Assembly: GCA_965223545.1 (NCBI GenBank)
Contig: OZ245006.1
Coordinates: 672,001-736,000, forward strand
DNA: 64,000 bases
Source of the DNA: Planctomycetota bacterium
GTDB taxonomy: Bacteria > Planctomycetota > UBA1135 > UBA2386
Direction of reading: 5' to 3'
Numbering within the stretch: the first letter of the stretch is position 1; every line of letters starts with the position of its first letter. Below the pieces are notes generated by a model. It did not search any database, was not told the origin of the DNA, and saw only the letters and a program-made list of their open reading frames with translations. A program made the translations under genes and the position numbers. Shown one piece after another: positions 50,701 through 58,735 of the stretch.

Positions 50701-51428
50701 CGGTCGCTGTTGCTGCCGCCGAGGTACGAGCCGTAGACGACGACGGGGTCGATCACCAGCGGCAGCGCCGGATCGAGGGACCCGGTGCGAAAGCCGAACG
50801 CGCCACCTTCGCTGGTGTAGGAGACTTCCACCGGGACGCGGGCGCCACCGTCGCCGACCTGCCAGGCCGTCGGTTCCGGTTGCCGCAACACGTGCTCACC
50901 GACGACAAGCTCCAGCACGCGCCCATCCTCGGCGACGCGCACAGCGTCGGCGCCCTCGACCTCGATGCGGATGGCTCCCGGATCGACGCCGGCATCCAGC
51001 ACGAAGTCGTACTCGAGCTGCCGCTGGACGCCGTAGAGCTCGACGTCCACGCCGGGGTAAGCGGACTCGCACCGCAGCCGGCGATAGCGCGGAATGCCGC
51101 GCCGCCACTGCCGCGGAGCGCCGCGCAGATCGTGGGCCACTCCGGGCAGGCGCTGGGTGCCGGAGATCGCCCGGGCCGTCCCAGTCCCCCACCGCAACCG
51201 CAGCTCCACGACACCTTCGAGATCCCGCAGCGCGAGCGCGACGCCCGCGGCATCGGCGACCACTCCGTACCCCGCGCCGCGCGCGACAAAGCGGCGGCCA
51301 TCCGGAGTCGGTTCGAATGCCATGGGCAACGCGGCCATGTCGGGACGCGTTGCCGAGGACAGGGACTGACCGGGCCCAGCGATGCAAAGAGCGAGGGGCG
51401 CGGCCGCCAAAGGAAGCAGCTTTGTCAT
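47754..51428 (-). CDS. Secreted SBBP-repeat protein with Ig-like spacer, HAF-type repeats and C-terminal domain
   Basis: Signal peptide, LPMAFEP...LEYDF...LVIDPVVVYGSYLGG, SBBP repeats, VSVPAQVTVPPGA spacer, DLGTL.G..S.A..VN..G.VVG repeats. Confidence 0.85.
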   Translation of the reverse strand: MTKLLPLAAAPLALCIAGPGQSLSSATRPDMAALPMAFEPTPDGRRFVARGAGYGVVADAAGVALALRDLEGVVELRLRWGTGTARAISGTQRLPGVAHDLRGAPRQWRRGIPRYRRLRCESAYPGVDVELYGVQRQLEYDFVLDAGVDPGAIRIEVEGADAVRVAEDGRVLELVVGEHVLRQPEPTAWQVGDGGARVPVEVSYTSEGGAFGFRTGSLDPALPLVIDPVVVYGSYLGGSNSDRVLDLAIDPAGNAYVVGITASPDLPTAGPSSGLTSTWDAFVAKVDPTGTALIYSTYLGGNSAFDDYETALAVGADAGGHAVVVGKTAAADFPVQNAVQPQLNGNVDSFVAKLLPDGSGFVYSTYLGGSAEENTPPRLGSSISNGGDVFVDAAGSAWVVGTTGSADFPVRNALQPSLGGGQDAFVARFDPAGGLLWSTYFGGSSAETANAVRVDAGGGVLVAGVTGSADFPVSPGAWSARGGGYVAKLDPAGAALTWATRLPSAPAAIDVDATGAVYLGGSTRDPCFPVTYGAWQTDYTFAAGSSGQGDGWLGALRPDGSALTWATYLGVYNSADAVADLKVDRLGQVVALLNGDAVPGGVTAGAKVVRMSTDGALLCYEYRAVTRPGGAALAIDGAGGVWIGGSTSSPNSVPVTAGAFQPQLVGPPGSLTDGFVVRLAETVSGVSGLAVATDKLARGDQTTATVALDGPAPATGLVVALRASPAGSVSVPAQVTVPPGAVSVQFAVSSSSSAPRGQATITAIGGAGSASDVVDVWYGARYGIVDLGRLGGGQGVPMHARKINNRGLTVGFGGRGSTSGFAHDDATGLSALPIVPADLAETGAMAGDQGRQPVLFVPGMALLNVPLFGGATTGAGHGVNDARQVAGRADPMGFARALLFTPGAGSIDLGTLNGVASTAYDVNNRGHVVGESFTDPSGPRNGGQEAFLWTPAAGMRGLGTLPGDLYSFAYAVNDVDEVTGTSVDWRTGDSRAFRWQAGVMQEVGRLPGDEKARGLHVNDHGHVVGTSSDARFVARGFLYTDTDGIVSLQDLVDPADAFGWQLRAAHGVNDLGQIVGEGESRANARWSALVNCETTAFRLDPLLTVPYGRGCAGSNGLVWLAGEGTPAGGEAFALRVAGAAPGAAGVLWVGTGRAATPLGGGCTLWIQAPLAQLPFVTDGDGRLRLPVAVPVGTAQAVLTAQAFVADRAGVFGYVASNGLEVDVR

Positions 51429-51548
51429 GAGGATCAGGGCGACATGCGCCGGGGACCCCGCACACCCTGTCAGACTGACCGGAGAATCCTGGTCGAATGA
51501 ACGTACGGAGCCAGGCTCCCATTCATCACACCCTGACGCCCCTCCCCC

Positions 51549-53885
51549 TCACCGCAATTGCGTGTTGAGGATCGGATACCGCTGCCAATCGCGGTAGTCG
51601 AAGTGCCACCACTCGTGCTCGTACACCGTGAACCCCGCCTCCTCCATGACACGACGCAATAGGTCGCGGTGCCAGCGCTGGCGGCTGGTGCCGCCGGGGT
51701 AGTGCGGGAACGCGCGCGCAGTGAACTCATCGTACCCACTGACCATCTCGACCGGCTCGCCACTGGCCAGGTCGTACAATGTGACGTCGACCGCGCTGCC
51801 GCGGTTGTGGCGCGAACCCTTGGCGGGATCGGCGACGAAGTCCTTCATCGACGCGGGCGTCGCGTCCCAGAACATCTTGGTGACGAACCACGGCCGGTAG
51901 GCGTCGAACACGCGCACGCCGAAGCCGTGCGGCGCCAGCGCGCGATGGGCAGAGACCAAGGCCTCGGCGGCCGGCCGCTGCAGGAACGCCACCGGGCGCG
52001 GGTAGAAGACCATGCCCATGAAGTTGTTCTTGGTGGCGTAGCGGATGTCGAGCTGGATCCCGGGTTCGAGCTCGGTGGGCTGCACCAGGTCGGGCCGCAG
52101 GAAGGGCCCCTCCTCGACCGGCGGCTCGGCCGCGCCGGCGGCGCGCCGCAGCTCGGCCTCGGTGCGCACCGGGGTGATGCGGAAGGTCTCGTCGACGCCG
52201 TGCATCGCGCGGCGCGCGAACAGGACACCCCCCACCCGCACGCCGCGCACCGCGCCACCGGCGTCGCGCTCGAACTCGACGCGCTCGCCGGCGTAGAGCC
52301 CGCCGGCGGCGAGCTCGAAGCGATCGGGACCGAGCTCGCGCAGCGGATACTCCGCCAACCACTCGATCAGAATGCGCAGCACGCCACCGCGCTCGAGCAC
52401 GAACAGCGTGTTGTGGTCCCATCCGTACTCGCCGATCAGCGGCCGCCATTTGGGCGCCACCGGCGCCGGCGGCCGCTCCGCCAGGCGCCGCAGCTGACGG
52501 CCGCCGAAGACCAGCGTGTCGCCTTGCAGGCGGCCCCGCGCACCGAACGTCAACCGGTCGTCGACCACCAGCTCGTCGCCGGCGGCGCGCAGCCGGCGGC
52601 GAAACCCGGCCGGTGGCACCAACCAGGGCTCGCCGAAGGCCTGCTCCACTCGCCACGGTGCGCCCCCGTCGCTCCACGTGCCGACCAACGCCGCGGTGCG
52701 CTCGGCGGACACCGCGGTCGGCGCCGGCGGCATCGCCGGCGGCACCCCACCGTCGCGCTTGGCGATGAGCCACCGCAACGCCCGGTCCGCGATCCGCTGC
52801 GGCACCTCGTTGGCGAAGTCGACGTTGGTGACCACCGCCACCGCGAACCCCTCCTCGGGCAGCACCGCCAGCTCGCTGGCGAACCCGTACATCGCGCCGC
52901 CGTGGCCGACCCGCAGGTGGCCGTCGAGCTCGCGGCGAAAGAACCCCAAGCCGACCCGGCGGTTGCCCATCTGCGGCTCGTACATCGAGGCCAAGGTGGC
53001 GTCCTGCAGCAACGCCGGCGGCCGCGCCGCCAAGCCCGAGAAGCAGGCCCGCCCGAAGCGCACGAGATCGGTGACGGTCGCGTACAGACTGGCGGCTGGC
53101 AGCATGCCGAGCTCGAACGTGGGCGCCGGAAACTCGCGCCCGTCGTAGGTCCACATCCAGCCCTGGCCCAGCGCCGCCACCAGATCCGAACGCGGCAGGA
53201 AGTCGGTGTCCCGCAGCCCGAGGGGCTCGATCACCGCCCGCCGCACCGCCTGCGCGAACGGCGCTCCGGTCAGCGCTTCGACCACGCGGCCGAGCACCGC
53301 GATGCCCGCATTCGAGTACTTGAACACCGTGCCCGGCTCATACACCAGCTCGGTGTCGTTCAGGCTGGCCACGGTCGCCGCCAAACCGGGCTCGGACGGG
53401 TCGAAGTAGTTGCCCACCGGCGGCTCCCGCACCAGGCCCGAGTGGTGCGTCATCAAGTGCCGCAGCGTGATCCGCGTGCCGAACGGATTGCGCGGCGCGA
53501 AGTCCGGCAGCACGGTGACGACTGCTGCGTCGAGGTCGACCCGGCCCTGCTCCACCAGCTGCATGACGGCGATGTCGGTCAGCAGCTTGCTGATCGAGCC
53601 GACCCGGTGGACGGTGTCCGAGCCGGCGGCCACTCCGGGACGCGCCTCGCCGAAGCCGCGCGCCCAGATCGTCCGGTCGCCGTCGAGCACCGCGATCGAC
53701 ACCGCCGGCAGGCGCTTGTCGGCCATCTCGCGCTCGATGAAGGCCGTCAGGTCGTGCACGGCGGCGGCGAACTCCGCCGGCGCGGCGACCTCGTGCGGTT
53801 GAGTGCGACAGCCGGTGGCGCCCACCACCGCGCCGAGAACCAGTGCGGCCTGCGCCGGCACTGCCCGCATTCGCAAGCGCTGCAT
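51549..53885 (-). CDS. Serine hydrolase (beta-lactamase/PBP-like) fused to a VanX-like D-Ala-D-Ala dipeptidase; probable lipoprotein
   Basis: ATG-C lipobox-like, SISK (SxxK), YSN, HGG. C-terminal DIRYAT.NNF, DAYRP, SRHNRGSAVD, EWWHFD. Start uncertain (53885 or 53870). Confidence 0.88.
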   Translation of the reverse strand: MQRLRMRAVPAQAALVLGAVVGATGCRTQPHEVAAPAEFAAAVHDLTAFIEREMADKRLPAVSIAVLDGDRTIWARGFGEARPGVAAGSDTVHRVGSISKLLTDIAVMQLVEQGRVDLDAAVVTVLPDFAPRNPFGTRITLRHLMTHHSGLVREPPVGNYFDPSEPGLAATVASLNDTELVYEPGTVFKYSNAGIAVLGRVVEALTGAPFAQAVRRAVIEPLGLRDTDFLPRSDLVAALGQGWMWTYDGREFPAPTFELGMLPAASLYATVTDLVRFGRACFSGLAARPPALLQDATLASMYEPQMGNRRVGLGFFRRELDGHLRVGHGGAMYGFASELAVLPEEGFAVAVVTNVDFANEVPQRIADRALRWLIAKRDGGVPPAMPPAPTAVSAERTAALVGTWSDGGAPWRVEQAFGEPWLVPPAGFRRRLRAAGDELVVDDRLTFGARGRLQGDTLVFGGRQLRRLAERPPAPVAPKWRPLIGEYGWDHNTLFVLERGGVLRILIEWLAEYPLRELGPDRFELAAGGLYAGERVEFERDAGGAVRGVRVGGVLFARRAMHGVDETFRITPVRTEAELRRAAGAAEPPVEEGPFLRPDLVQPTELEPGIQLDIRYATKNNFMGMVFYPRPVAFLQRPAAEALVSAHRALAPHGFGVRVFDAYRPWFVTKMFWDATPASMKDFVADPAKGSRHNRGSAVDVTLYDLASGEPVEMVSGYDEFTARAFPHYPGGTSRQRWHRDLLRRVMEEAGFTVYEHEWWHFDYRDWQRYPILNTQLR

Positions 53886-53937
53886 GGCCGCCGATCTTCG
53901 AGGCCGCCGGACGCGATTCAAGCGCCCCGCCGGCGCG

Positions 53938-56900
53938 TCAGAAGCCGACCTGCTCCTCGCCGGCGATGCGCTGCGCCTCCGGATCGGCCGCGGCAGCGCG
54001 GCCGCCGTCGGAAAAGCTGTCGACCTGGTCCAGCGAGACCGCCATCCGGCTCGACACCCCGCGCTTCTGCATGGTGATCCCGTAGAGGCGCTGGCACTCG
54101 GCCATGGTGCGCTTGTGGTGGGTCACGATGCAGAACTGGGTCGGGCCGACGAAGTCGCGCAGCACGCGCAAGAAACGCTCGACGTTGGTGTCGTCCAGCG
54201 CCGCATCCACCTCGTCGAGAATGCAGAACGGCGACGGCTTGACCTTGAACACGGCGAACAGGATCGCCAGCGCGGTCATGCTGCGCTCGCCACCCGACAG
54301 CAGGTTGATCGACTGCAGCTCCTTGCCCGGCGGCTTGGCGACGATGTCGATGCCGGACTCGAGCGAGTCCTCGCCGTCGGTCAGCGTCATGTCGGCGCGG
54401 CCGCCCTGGAACAGCTTGCGGAAGATCAGCTGAAAGTTCTCGCGGGCCTGCTCGAACGTGTCCTCGAACAGCGTCCGCGACTCGGTCTCCAAGCGCCGCA
54501 GCGTCTCCATCAGCGAACGCCGCGCCTGCTTGAGATCCTCGACCTCCTGCTCGAGGAACTGCAGGCTCTCTTCCATCTCCTCGAGCTCGGCCACCGCGTC
54601 GAGGTTGACGTGGCCGAGACGCTCGACCTGTGCCTGCAGCAGCCCGGCGCGCCGGCGCACCTCGGCGACGTCGAAGTCGGACTCCTCCCACAGCCGGTTC
54701 AAGCCCGCCTCGACGGCGATCCAGGCGGGCGGCAGCGGCGGGCCGCTCAAGCACTCGACCCCGGCCGGCGCGGGTGGCCCATCGAGCGCGTCGGCGGTCA
54801 AGCCGAAGCCGCGGATCTCGCCGAGGCAGCGCCGCAGCTCGATGCCGGTCTCCTCGCGCAGCCGATCTTCGAGCCGAGTGAAGCGGTGTTGTAGATCGGA
54901 GACCGCCAACACGGCCGCCGTCGACGCCTCGCTCAGCTCGCCGCGACGCCGCTCGACCTCGGCCAGCGAGCGGCGCGCAGCGTCGCGTTCGCTCTCGCAG
55001 TCGCCCAAGTCGGCTTGCCGCGCGTCGCGCTCGGTCTCGAGCTCGGCCACTTGCTGCGCGACAGTCGCCACCTCGCCGTCACACGCGGCGGCCTCGGCCT
55101 GCGCGCGCTCGGCGCCCGCGCGCGCCTCGGCCTCGCGCACCGCGAGCTCCTCCAGTGCCTGCGCGAGGTCTTGCAGGCCGCGCTGGTGCACGGCGACGGT
55201 GCCGGCCAACGCCTCGCGGTCGGTGGCACACGCCACCTGCCGCAGCCGCACGTTCTGCTCGGCCTCCTGCGCGGCGCCCCGCCGTGCAGCCGCGTCGGCG
55301 ACCGCCGCGGCCGCGCGCTCCTCGGCCTCGGCCGCGCGCCGCTCCTGGCGGCCGAGCAGCAGCGCGTCCAGCGACGCCCGCCCCAGGGCGGAGTACGCCG
55401 CCGTTGCCAGTCCACACAGCTCGACGCGCTCGGCTTCCGCCGCCTCGTGCTCGCGCCGCAGATCCTCGACGCGCCCCTCGAGCCGGCGCAGGTCGCCCAT
55501 CTGCTCCTGCTCGCGGGTGCGCGCGGCGTCCAGGTGCAGGGCCAGCTCCTTGCTGCGCGTGCGGACGCGGTCGACGACCGTGGCGACCTTCTGCTTGCCG
55601 GACAGCAGCTCCTCGAGCTCGGCCTTGGCACCGGCCTCCTCATCGCGCAAGGCGCGCAGCTGCGCGCGCCGCACCACGAGGCCCGACTGCCCCTCGCCGC
55701 GCCCGCCCTCGACGCGAGGCCCGCACAACAGCGCGCCCTCACGCGTGACGAAGCACAGGTCGTGGCGGTCCGCGCGCGCCTGGGCCAAGTCGTCGACCAT
55801 GCACACGCCGCGCAGCAGCCAGTTGACCAATGACCGCGCCCGCTCGTCACAGCGCACGCGCTTGAGCAGCAGCTGCGCGCCCGCCGGCAGCGAGACCACG
55901 GGCTCGCGGGCGAACTCCTGGCTCATCTCCTCCTCGACCAGCAGCAGCGCCCGGCCGCGCTGCCCCTCGTCGAGCCAGGCCAGCATCGCATCGGCGTGGG
56001 CGCGGGTATCGACGACCAACGCCTGCACCAACGGCCCCAGCGCGGCCTCGAGCGCCGGCCCGTACTCGATGTCGATCTCCAACAGGTCGAGCAGGCGGCC
56101 GCGGAGCCCGTCGGGCGCGCGTTCCAACAGAGCGCGCGGCCCCTGGTCGAAGCCCTCGAGGTGCTGCTCCATCTCCGCCAGCACCTGCAGCCGGCCCGAG
56201 ACCGACGACAGCTGCTCGCGCAAGCCCGATTCGCGCCGCGCCAGCTCCGCCGCCTGGCGGTCGGCGGCTTCCAGCTCGCGGTGGGTCTCGGCCTCGCGCT
56301 CCTTGAGCCCCTCGATCTCGGTGCGGGTCGCCGACAGCGCGTCGCGCCCCTCGGTCAGCCCCTGCTCGACTTCGAGCGCGGCGCGGTCCAGCACACCGAG
56401 GCGCTCGAGCAACCGCCGCTCGCGGGCGCGCGCCGCGCGGTGCTCGGCCTCGCGCGCGTGCGCCTCGTTGCGCACGCCGGTCTTCTTGTCCATCCACTCG
56501 AGCAGCTGCCCGCGCACCGCCTCGCGCTTCTCCTGCGCACCGTGCCAGTCACCGCTGCACAGGCTCACCGCGCCACGGCGGATCTCCAGCTCCTGGCCGA
56601 GCGTGGCGTGCTCGACGCGCAACTGCTCCTGCCGGGCGAAGGCCTGGTCCAGGGTGGCGAGCCGCTCCTGGTGCTGCTCGCGGGCCGCTTCCTGGCGGCC
56701 GACGCTGGCCTCGGCATCCCGCCGCAGCTCGTCGGCGCGCGCGCGCTGCGCGTCACCGCGATGCCGGGCGGCATCCGCGGTCGCGCGCGCCTCGCGCAGT
56801 CGTTCGGCGACCTCGTCGATGTCGCCGCGCAGCATGGCGATGCGACCCTCGCTGTCGGCCAGCGCTTCGGCGGCGTGTCGCTGCTCGACCTCGACCGCTT

Positions 56901-57663
56901 CGATCTCCTGCTGCAGCTCGACCCGCGCCTGCTCGCGCTCGCGCATCTCGCCGCGCACCGCCGTGCCCTCGGTGACCGCCAGCCCCGTGCGCAGCTCCCG
57001 CAGCTCTCGACTGAGTTCTTGGTAACGCCGCGCCTTGCCGGCCTGCACCTTGAGGCTGCGGATCCGACGGCCGCGCTCCTCGAGCAGATCGACCACCCGG
57101 CTCAGGTTCTGCTCGGTCCGGTCCAGCCGGCGCAGGGTCTCGCGCTTCTGCAGCTTGAAGCGGCTGATGCCGGCGGCCTCCTCGAAGATCGCCCGCCGCT
57201 GTTGTGGGTCGGCCGACAGGACCGCGTCGATGCGCCCCTGCTCCATCACCGAGTACGCACCGACGCCGAGGCCGGTGTCCATCATCGCCGCGCGCACGTC
57301 GCGCAGCCGCACCGGCTCGCCGTTGAGCAGATACTCAGACTCCTTGTCGCGCGACAGCCGCCGCCCGACCGACAGCTCGGTGCGCCCCTCGAAGGCGCCC
57401 TCTTCGTCTTCCAAGAAGATCTGCACGTCGGCGACCGGCAGCGCATCGCGCCCCTCGGCCCCCTTGAAGATGACGTCGGTCATCTCCTTGCCGCGCAGGC
57501 TCCGCGCCCGCTGGTCGCCCAGCACCCACTTGAGGGCGTCGACGACGTTGGACTTGCCACAGCCGTTGGGGCCGATGATGCCGGTCAGCGACGAGTCGAA
57601 GTCGAACTCCGTCTTGTCGGCGAACGACTTGAAGCCGCGGCAAACGAGTCTCTTCAGGCGCAT
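53938..57663 (-). CDS. smc: Chromosome segregation protein SMC
   Basis: GFKSFAD, GPNGCGKSN, EQG Q-loop, FEEAAGIS, hinge, LSGGE, PFCILDEVDAALD. Confidence 0.95.
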   Translation of the reverse strand: MRLKRLVCRGFKSFADKTEFDFDSSLTGIIGPNGCGKSNVVDALKWVLGDQRARSLRGKEMTDVIFKGAEGRDALPVADVQIFLEDEEGAFEGRTELSVGRRLSRDKESEYLLNGEPVRLRDVRAAMMDTGLGVGAYSVMEQGRIDAVLSADPQQRRAIFEEAAGISRFKLQKRETLRRLDRTEQNLSRVVDLLEERGRRIRSLKVQAGKARRYQELSRELRELRTGLAVTEGTAVRGEMREREQARVELQQEIEAVEVEQRHAAEALADSEGRIAMLRGDIDEVAERLREARATADAARHRGDAQRARADELRRDAEASVGRQEAAREQHQERLATLDQAFARQEQLRVEHATLGQELEIRRGAVSLCSGDWHGAQEKREAVRGQLLEWMDKKTGVRNEAHAREAEHRAARARERRLLERLGVLDRAALEVEQGLTEGRDALSATRTEIEGLKEREAETHRELEAADRQAAELARRESGLREQLSSVSGRLQVLAEMEQHLEGFDQGPRALLERAPDGLRGRLLDLLEIDIEYGPALEAALGPLVQALVVDTRAHADAMLAWLDEGQRGRALLLVEEEMSQEFAREPVVSLPAGAQLLLKRVRCDERARSLVNWLLRGVCMVDDLAQARADRHDLCFVTREGALLCGPRVEGGRGEGQSGLVVRRAQLRALRDEEAGAKAELEELLSGKQKVATVVDRVRTRSKELALHLDAARTREQEQMGDLRRLEGRVEDLRREHEAAEAERVELCGLATAAYSALGRASLDALLLGRQERRAAEAEERAAAAVADAAARRGAAQEAEQNVRLRQVACATDREALAGTVAVHQRGLQDLAQALEELAVREAEARAGAERAQAEAAACDGEVATVAQQVAELETERDARQADLGDCESERDAARRSLAEVERRRGELSEASTAAVLAVSDLQHRFTRLEDRLREETGIELRRCLGEIRGFGLTADALDGPPAPAGVECLSGPPLPPAWIAVEAGLNRLWEESDFDVAEVRRRAGLLQAQVERLGHVNLDAVAELEEMEESLQFLEQEVEDLKQARRSLMETLRRLETESRTLFEDTFEQARENFQLIFRKLFQGGRADMTLTDGEDSLESGIDIVAKPPGKELQSINLLSGGERSMTALAILFAVFKVKPSPFCILDEVDAALDDTNVERFLRVLRDFVGPTQFCIVTHHKRTMAECQRLYGITMQKRGVSSRMAVSLDQVDSFSDGGRAAAADPEAQRIAGEEQVGF

Positions 57664-57700
57664 CGGTGGATCAGTCCGCTCCCAAGTTTGCCGTCTCGAC

Positions 57701-58108
57701 TCAGTTGCGGCCGGCCGACCGGCCCTCGGCGGCGCCCGCCCGGCTCCGCGAAACGACGCCAACCGGCGACGGCACCGGGACATCCGTGGTTTGCACACCG
57801 ATCGCGCACGCCGCCCATTCGCGCCGCCGCCGGCGCTCGTCGGCCACCGCGCCGTAGCGCGCCGCCGCCTCGAGCCGGCCCGCCGCGGCGAGTGCCCGCT
57901 CGACCGCCTCGGCGATCGCGCTGCTGCGCACGACGCCCGTCCGGCGGCACACCGGCCGCAGCTCGGCCAGCACCACGCCGGTCAGATCGGCCGCGGTGAC
58001 CGCGTCGCCGCCCAACGCCAGGTGCAGCGAGCGCGCCACCTTGGTCGCTCGCAATCGCTCGCGCGCGCCGCCGCGCTTCTCAACCTGAAAGCTCGGAGCT
58101 CTGGACAT
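57701..58108 (-). CDS. Stand-alone ATP-cone domain protein
   Basis: FQVEKRGGARERLRATKVARSLHLA matches the V.KR.G..E.F...KI...I..A pattern; C-part SSAIAEAVERAL...EAAARY. Overlaps the nrdR 3' end. Confidence 0.65.
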   Translation of the reverse strand: MSRAPSFQVEKRGGARERLRATKVARSLHLALGGDAVTAADLTGVVLAELRPVCRRTGVVRSSAIAEAVERALAAAGRLEAAARYGAVADERRRRREWAACAIGVQTTDVPVPSPVGVVSRSRAGAAEGRSAGRN

Positions 58109-58580
58109 GGTTGGCGCCCTCCCCGCGCCGCTTCTCCAACATGGGCTTCAGCTCGTCCAAGAACTGGGTGACGTCCTTGAAGTCGCGGTACACGGACGCG
58201 AACCGCACGTACGCGACCTGATCGAGCTGCCGCAGCTCTTGCATCACCAAGTTGCCGATCACCTTGGTGGGCACCTCCTTGTCGAAGGCCTCCATGCACT
58301 GCCGCTCGACGCGATCGACGACCTGGTCCAGCTGCTCGCTGGACACCGGGCGCTTCTCGCACGCCTTGAGCAGTCCACCGAGGATGTTGACTCGATCGAA
58401 CTCCGAACGCTCACCGCTCTTCTTCACCACCCGCAGCGGCGCGCTCTCGACGCGCTCGTAGGTGGTGTAGCGGCGCTGGCACTCCAGACACGTCCGCCGC
58501 CGGCGGATCGCGAAGCCGTCCGCGCTCGCCCGCGAATCGATCACCCGGTCGTTGTCGGATTTGCAGTACGGACAGCGCAT
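58080..58580 (-). CDS. nrdR: Transcriptional repressor NrdR
   Basis: MRCPYC...VIDSR...IRRRRTCLEC..RYTTYE zinc ribbon, ATP-cone, VAYVRFASVY. Confidence 0.96.
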   Translation of the reverse strand: MRCPYCKSDNDRVIDSRASADGFAIRRRRTCLECQRRYTTYERVESAPLRVVKKSGERSEFDRVNILGGLLKACEKRPVSSEQLDQVVDRVERQCMEAFDKEVPTKVIGNLVMQELRQLDQVAYVRFASVYRDFKDVTQFLDELKPMLEKRRGEGANHVQSSELSG

Positions 58581-58666
58581 GGCACCCCCGCCACCCGGGT
58601 CCGGGTGGGCTTCTCCGGCGACCGGCGGGCTGACCCCCGCCGGTCGTCGGAATTGGTCAGCGCGAC

Positions 58667-58696
58667 ACCATACCTCTACAACCGGTTGTGTGTCAA
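58667..58696 (-). promoter_or_regulatory. Sigma70-type promoter of nrdR with an NrdR-box-like palindrome in the spacer
   Basis: TTGACA (58696-58691), N18, TATGGT (58672-58667). Spacer contains the perfect palindrome ACAACCGGTTGT (58678-58689). Confidence 0.65.
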
Positions 58697-58735
58697 AGGT
58701 TGGCGCTGGCCCGACCGCCGGCCGGGGGGTCGCGC

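Noticed and set aside
51549..53885. Vancomycin or beta-lactam resistance determinant
   Set aside because: No vanH/vanA/vanRS context or mobile element. The motifs fit general serine hydrolase and D,D-dipeptidase families.
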